NCBI GenBank assembly: GCA_041659085.1
Contig: JBAZYZ010000001.1
Location: 4,884 to 68,883 of the forward strand
Direction of reading: 5' to 3'
Length of the DNA: 64,000 nucleotides
Source: Minisyncoccota bacterium
GTDB taxonomy: Bacteria > Patescibacteriota > Minisyncoccia > Phycocordibacterales > VMEP01
A program made the position numbers and the translations under genes. Under the pieces are notes generated by a model that made no database searches, was not told the DNA's origin, and saw only the letters and a program-made list of their open reading frames with translations. Shown one piece after another: positions 62,875 through 64,000 of the stretch (positions within the stretch are counted from its first letter, which is position 1; each line of letters begins with the position of its first letter).

Positions 62875-63773
62875 GCATGGCTAAACTTGATTGCATTGTT
62901 TGCGGAGCCCGCGGCCATGAAATTACGATAAATAATCTTCCGATGCTTATTTGTGATTCCTGCGGGCTGTTTTGGCGCGCCAGTTTTGATTTGCCGGAAA
63001 ATTTTTATGAAACGAGGGAGTTTGAGACGGAAAAAAGGGGTAAAATAGAGGCCCGTTATGCCAACTCGATTGGGAGAATTGAAACATTGCGAAGATATGC
63101 TGATGTGAATAATTTATGCGATGTGGGATGCGGAGAAGGGATTTTTCTGAAAGCCTTAAATGATTTGGGGTATAAAAATGTTTTTGGTTTAGAACCTAGC
63201 CTGGAGGCGCGTGATTTTGCCGTACTCAATAATTTAAAGATAGTTGCAGGCGGTATAGAAAATCTTAGCGAGTCATTTTTTACCAAGAACGATGTCCATA
63301 CTGTTACAATATTCCACGTTGTTGAACATCTGAAAGACCCGTATGCATCGCTTAAACTGATATACGACAACCTCGGTAAGGGCGACAAACTGGCTATTGA
63401 AACGCCGGATATGGACAGCTATGCCCTAAAGAAAAGTAATTATAAAAATGAACTCATAAATCCGGAGCATCTTCACTACTTTAACAAGACCAACTTGAAA
63501 AAGCTTCTTGAGAAAAGCGGTTTTACGGTTATTGCTTCCGGCAACAGGGATTTCAACGAAAAGAATATGAGCATTCGGGAATCTTTGTCCAGACTCGGAT
63601 TTATTAATGTTTCGCCAGACAAAAAAGACTCTGGCGCTAAATATGGAGAGGCAAGTTTGGGTGTTAAGGATGGTAATGATAGTATATTCAGAACAATAGT
63701 CAGAAGGACTCTTTCTTCCGTGGTGGGTTTTTTGGGACGCGGTAATTACCTTTGGATAGTTGCTCAAAAATAA
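62871..63773 (+). CDS. SAM-dependent methyltransferase with N-terminal zinc-ribbon (CxxC...CxxC)
   Basis: ATGA overlap; 'CIVCG...CDSCG'; 'LCDVGCGEGIFL' motif I. Confidence 0.7.
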   Translation: MSMAKLDCIVCGARGHEITINNLPMLICDSCGLFWRASFDLPENFYETREFETEKRGKIEARYANSIGRIETLRRYADVNNLCDVGCGEGIFLKALNDLGYKNVFGLEPSLEARDFAVLNNLKIVAGGIENLSESFFTKNDVHTVTIFHVVEHLKDPYASLKLIYDNLGKGDKLAIETPDMDSYALKKSNYKNELINPEHLHYFNKTNLKKLLEKSGFTVIASGNRDFNEKNMSIRESLSRLGFINVSPDKKDSGAKYGEASLGVKDGNDSIFRTIVRRTLSSVVGFLGRGNYLWIVAQK

Positions 63774-63795
63774 TGTTTACTCTAAAAATAAAAAA

Positions 63796-64000
63796 ATGAG
63801 AGAACCGAAAAGTTACACAAGAGAAGTCTTAAAAAATGTTTTGCCTAGGTATTGCAGAGGGAAGACCGTTGATGTCGGCGCCGGCCGGGCAAAGTACAAA
63901 AATTACATAAAGAAATACGCGGAAAGTTACATGACAGTAGACGACCTCTCCTCTGATTACCAGTTTGATGCTAAGGAGACAAAACCGGATGTAATTTCCA
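63796..64000 (+). CDS. SAM-dependent methyltransferase, N-terminal fragment (3' end outside window)
   Basis: ATG at 63796; 'KTVDVGAGRAKY' motif I; open to the window end. Confidence 0.5.
   Translation, partial: MREPKSYTREVLKNVLPRYCRGKTVDVGAGRAKYKNYIKKYAESYMTVDDLSSDYQFDAKETKPDVIS

Overview
This 64-kb window looks like a low-GC, small-genome bacterium. I judge it to be Patescibacteria/CPR-like (inference) because of two lamin-tail-domain surface proteins, a group I intron in the 23S rRNA, unlinked rRNA genes and very sparse Shine-Dalgarno (SD) usage. 

Contents, left to right:
- a ~1050-aa secreted esterase/Ig-repeat/LTD protein
- rplJ-rplL
- small genes and an intergenic palindromic repeat family
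- a 23S-tRNA(Ala, Met, Pro)-5S block without 16S
- a cell-envelope block: ftsW/rodA, GT4, WbaP-like initiating phosphotransferase, epimerase, PAP2, secDF
- a separate 16S gene with its own promoter
- a small GC-elevated two-gene island
- tRNA-Ile and tRNA-Leu
- folD-murD-(beta-lactamase-fold hydrolase)-murC-rsmI
- a GC-rich (~64%) secreted Ala/Thr-rich protein gene, next to a soluble TraG/VirD4-like ATPase and an LTD-PKD-LTD surface protein
- from ~38.8 kb to the window end, a >25-kb glycoconjugate locus: ArnA-type UDP-GlcA decarboxylase, UGDH-like dehydrogenase, epimerase, 7+ GT4/GT1 transferases, a GtrA/GtrB-like pair, AsnB-like amidotransferase, GT9 heptosyltransferase-like enzyme, flippase-like protein, two large polytopic GT-C-candidate proteins, and at least nine SAM-dependent methyltransferases.

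The 16S 3' tail appears to lack the CCUCC anti-SD. No CRISPR array, transposase or integrase was seen.
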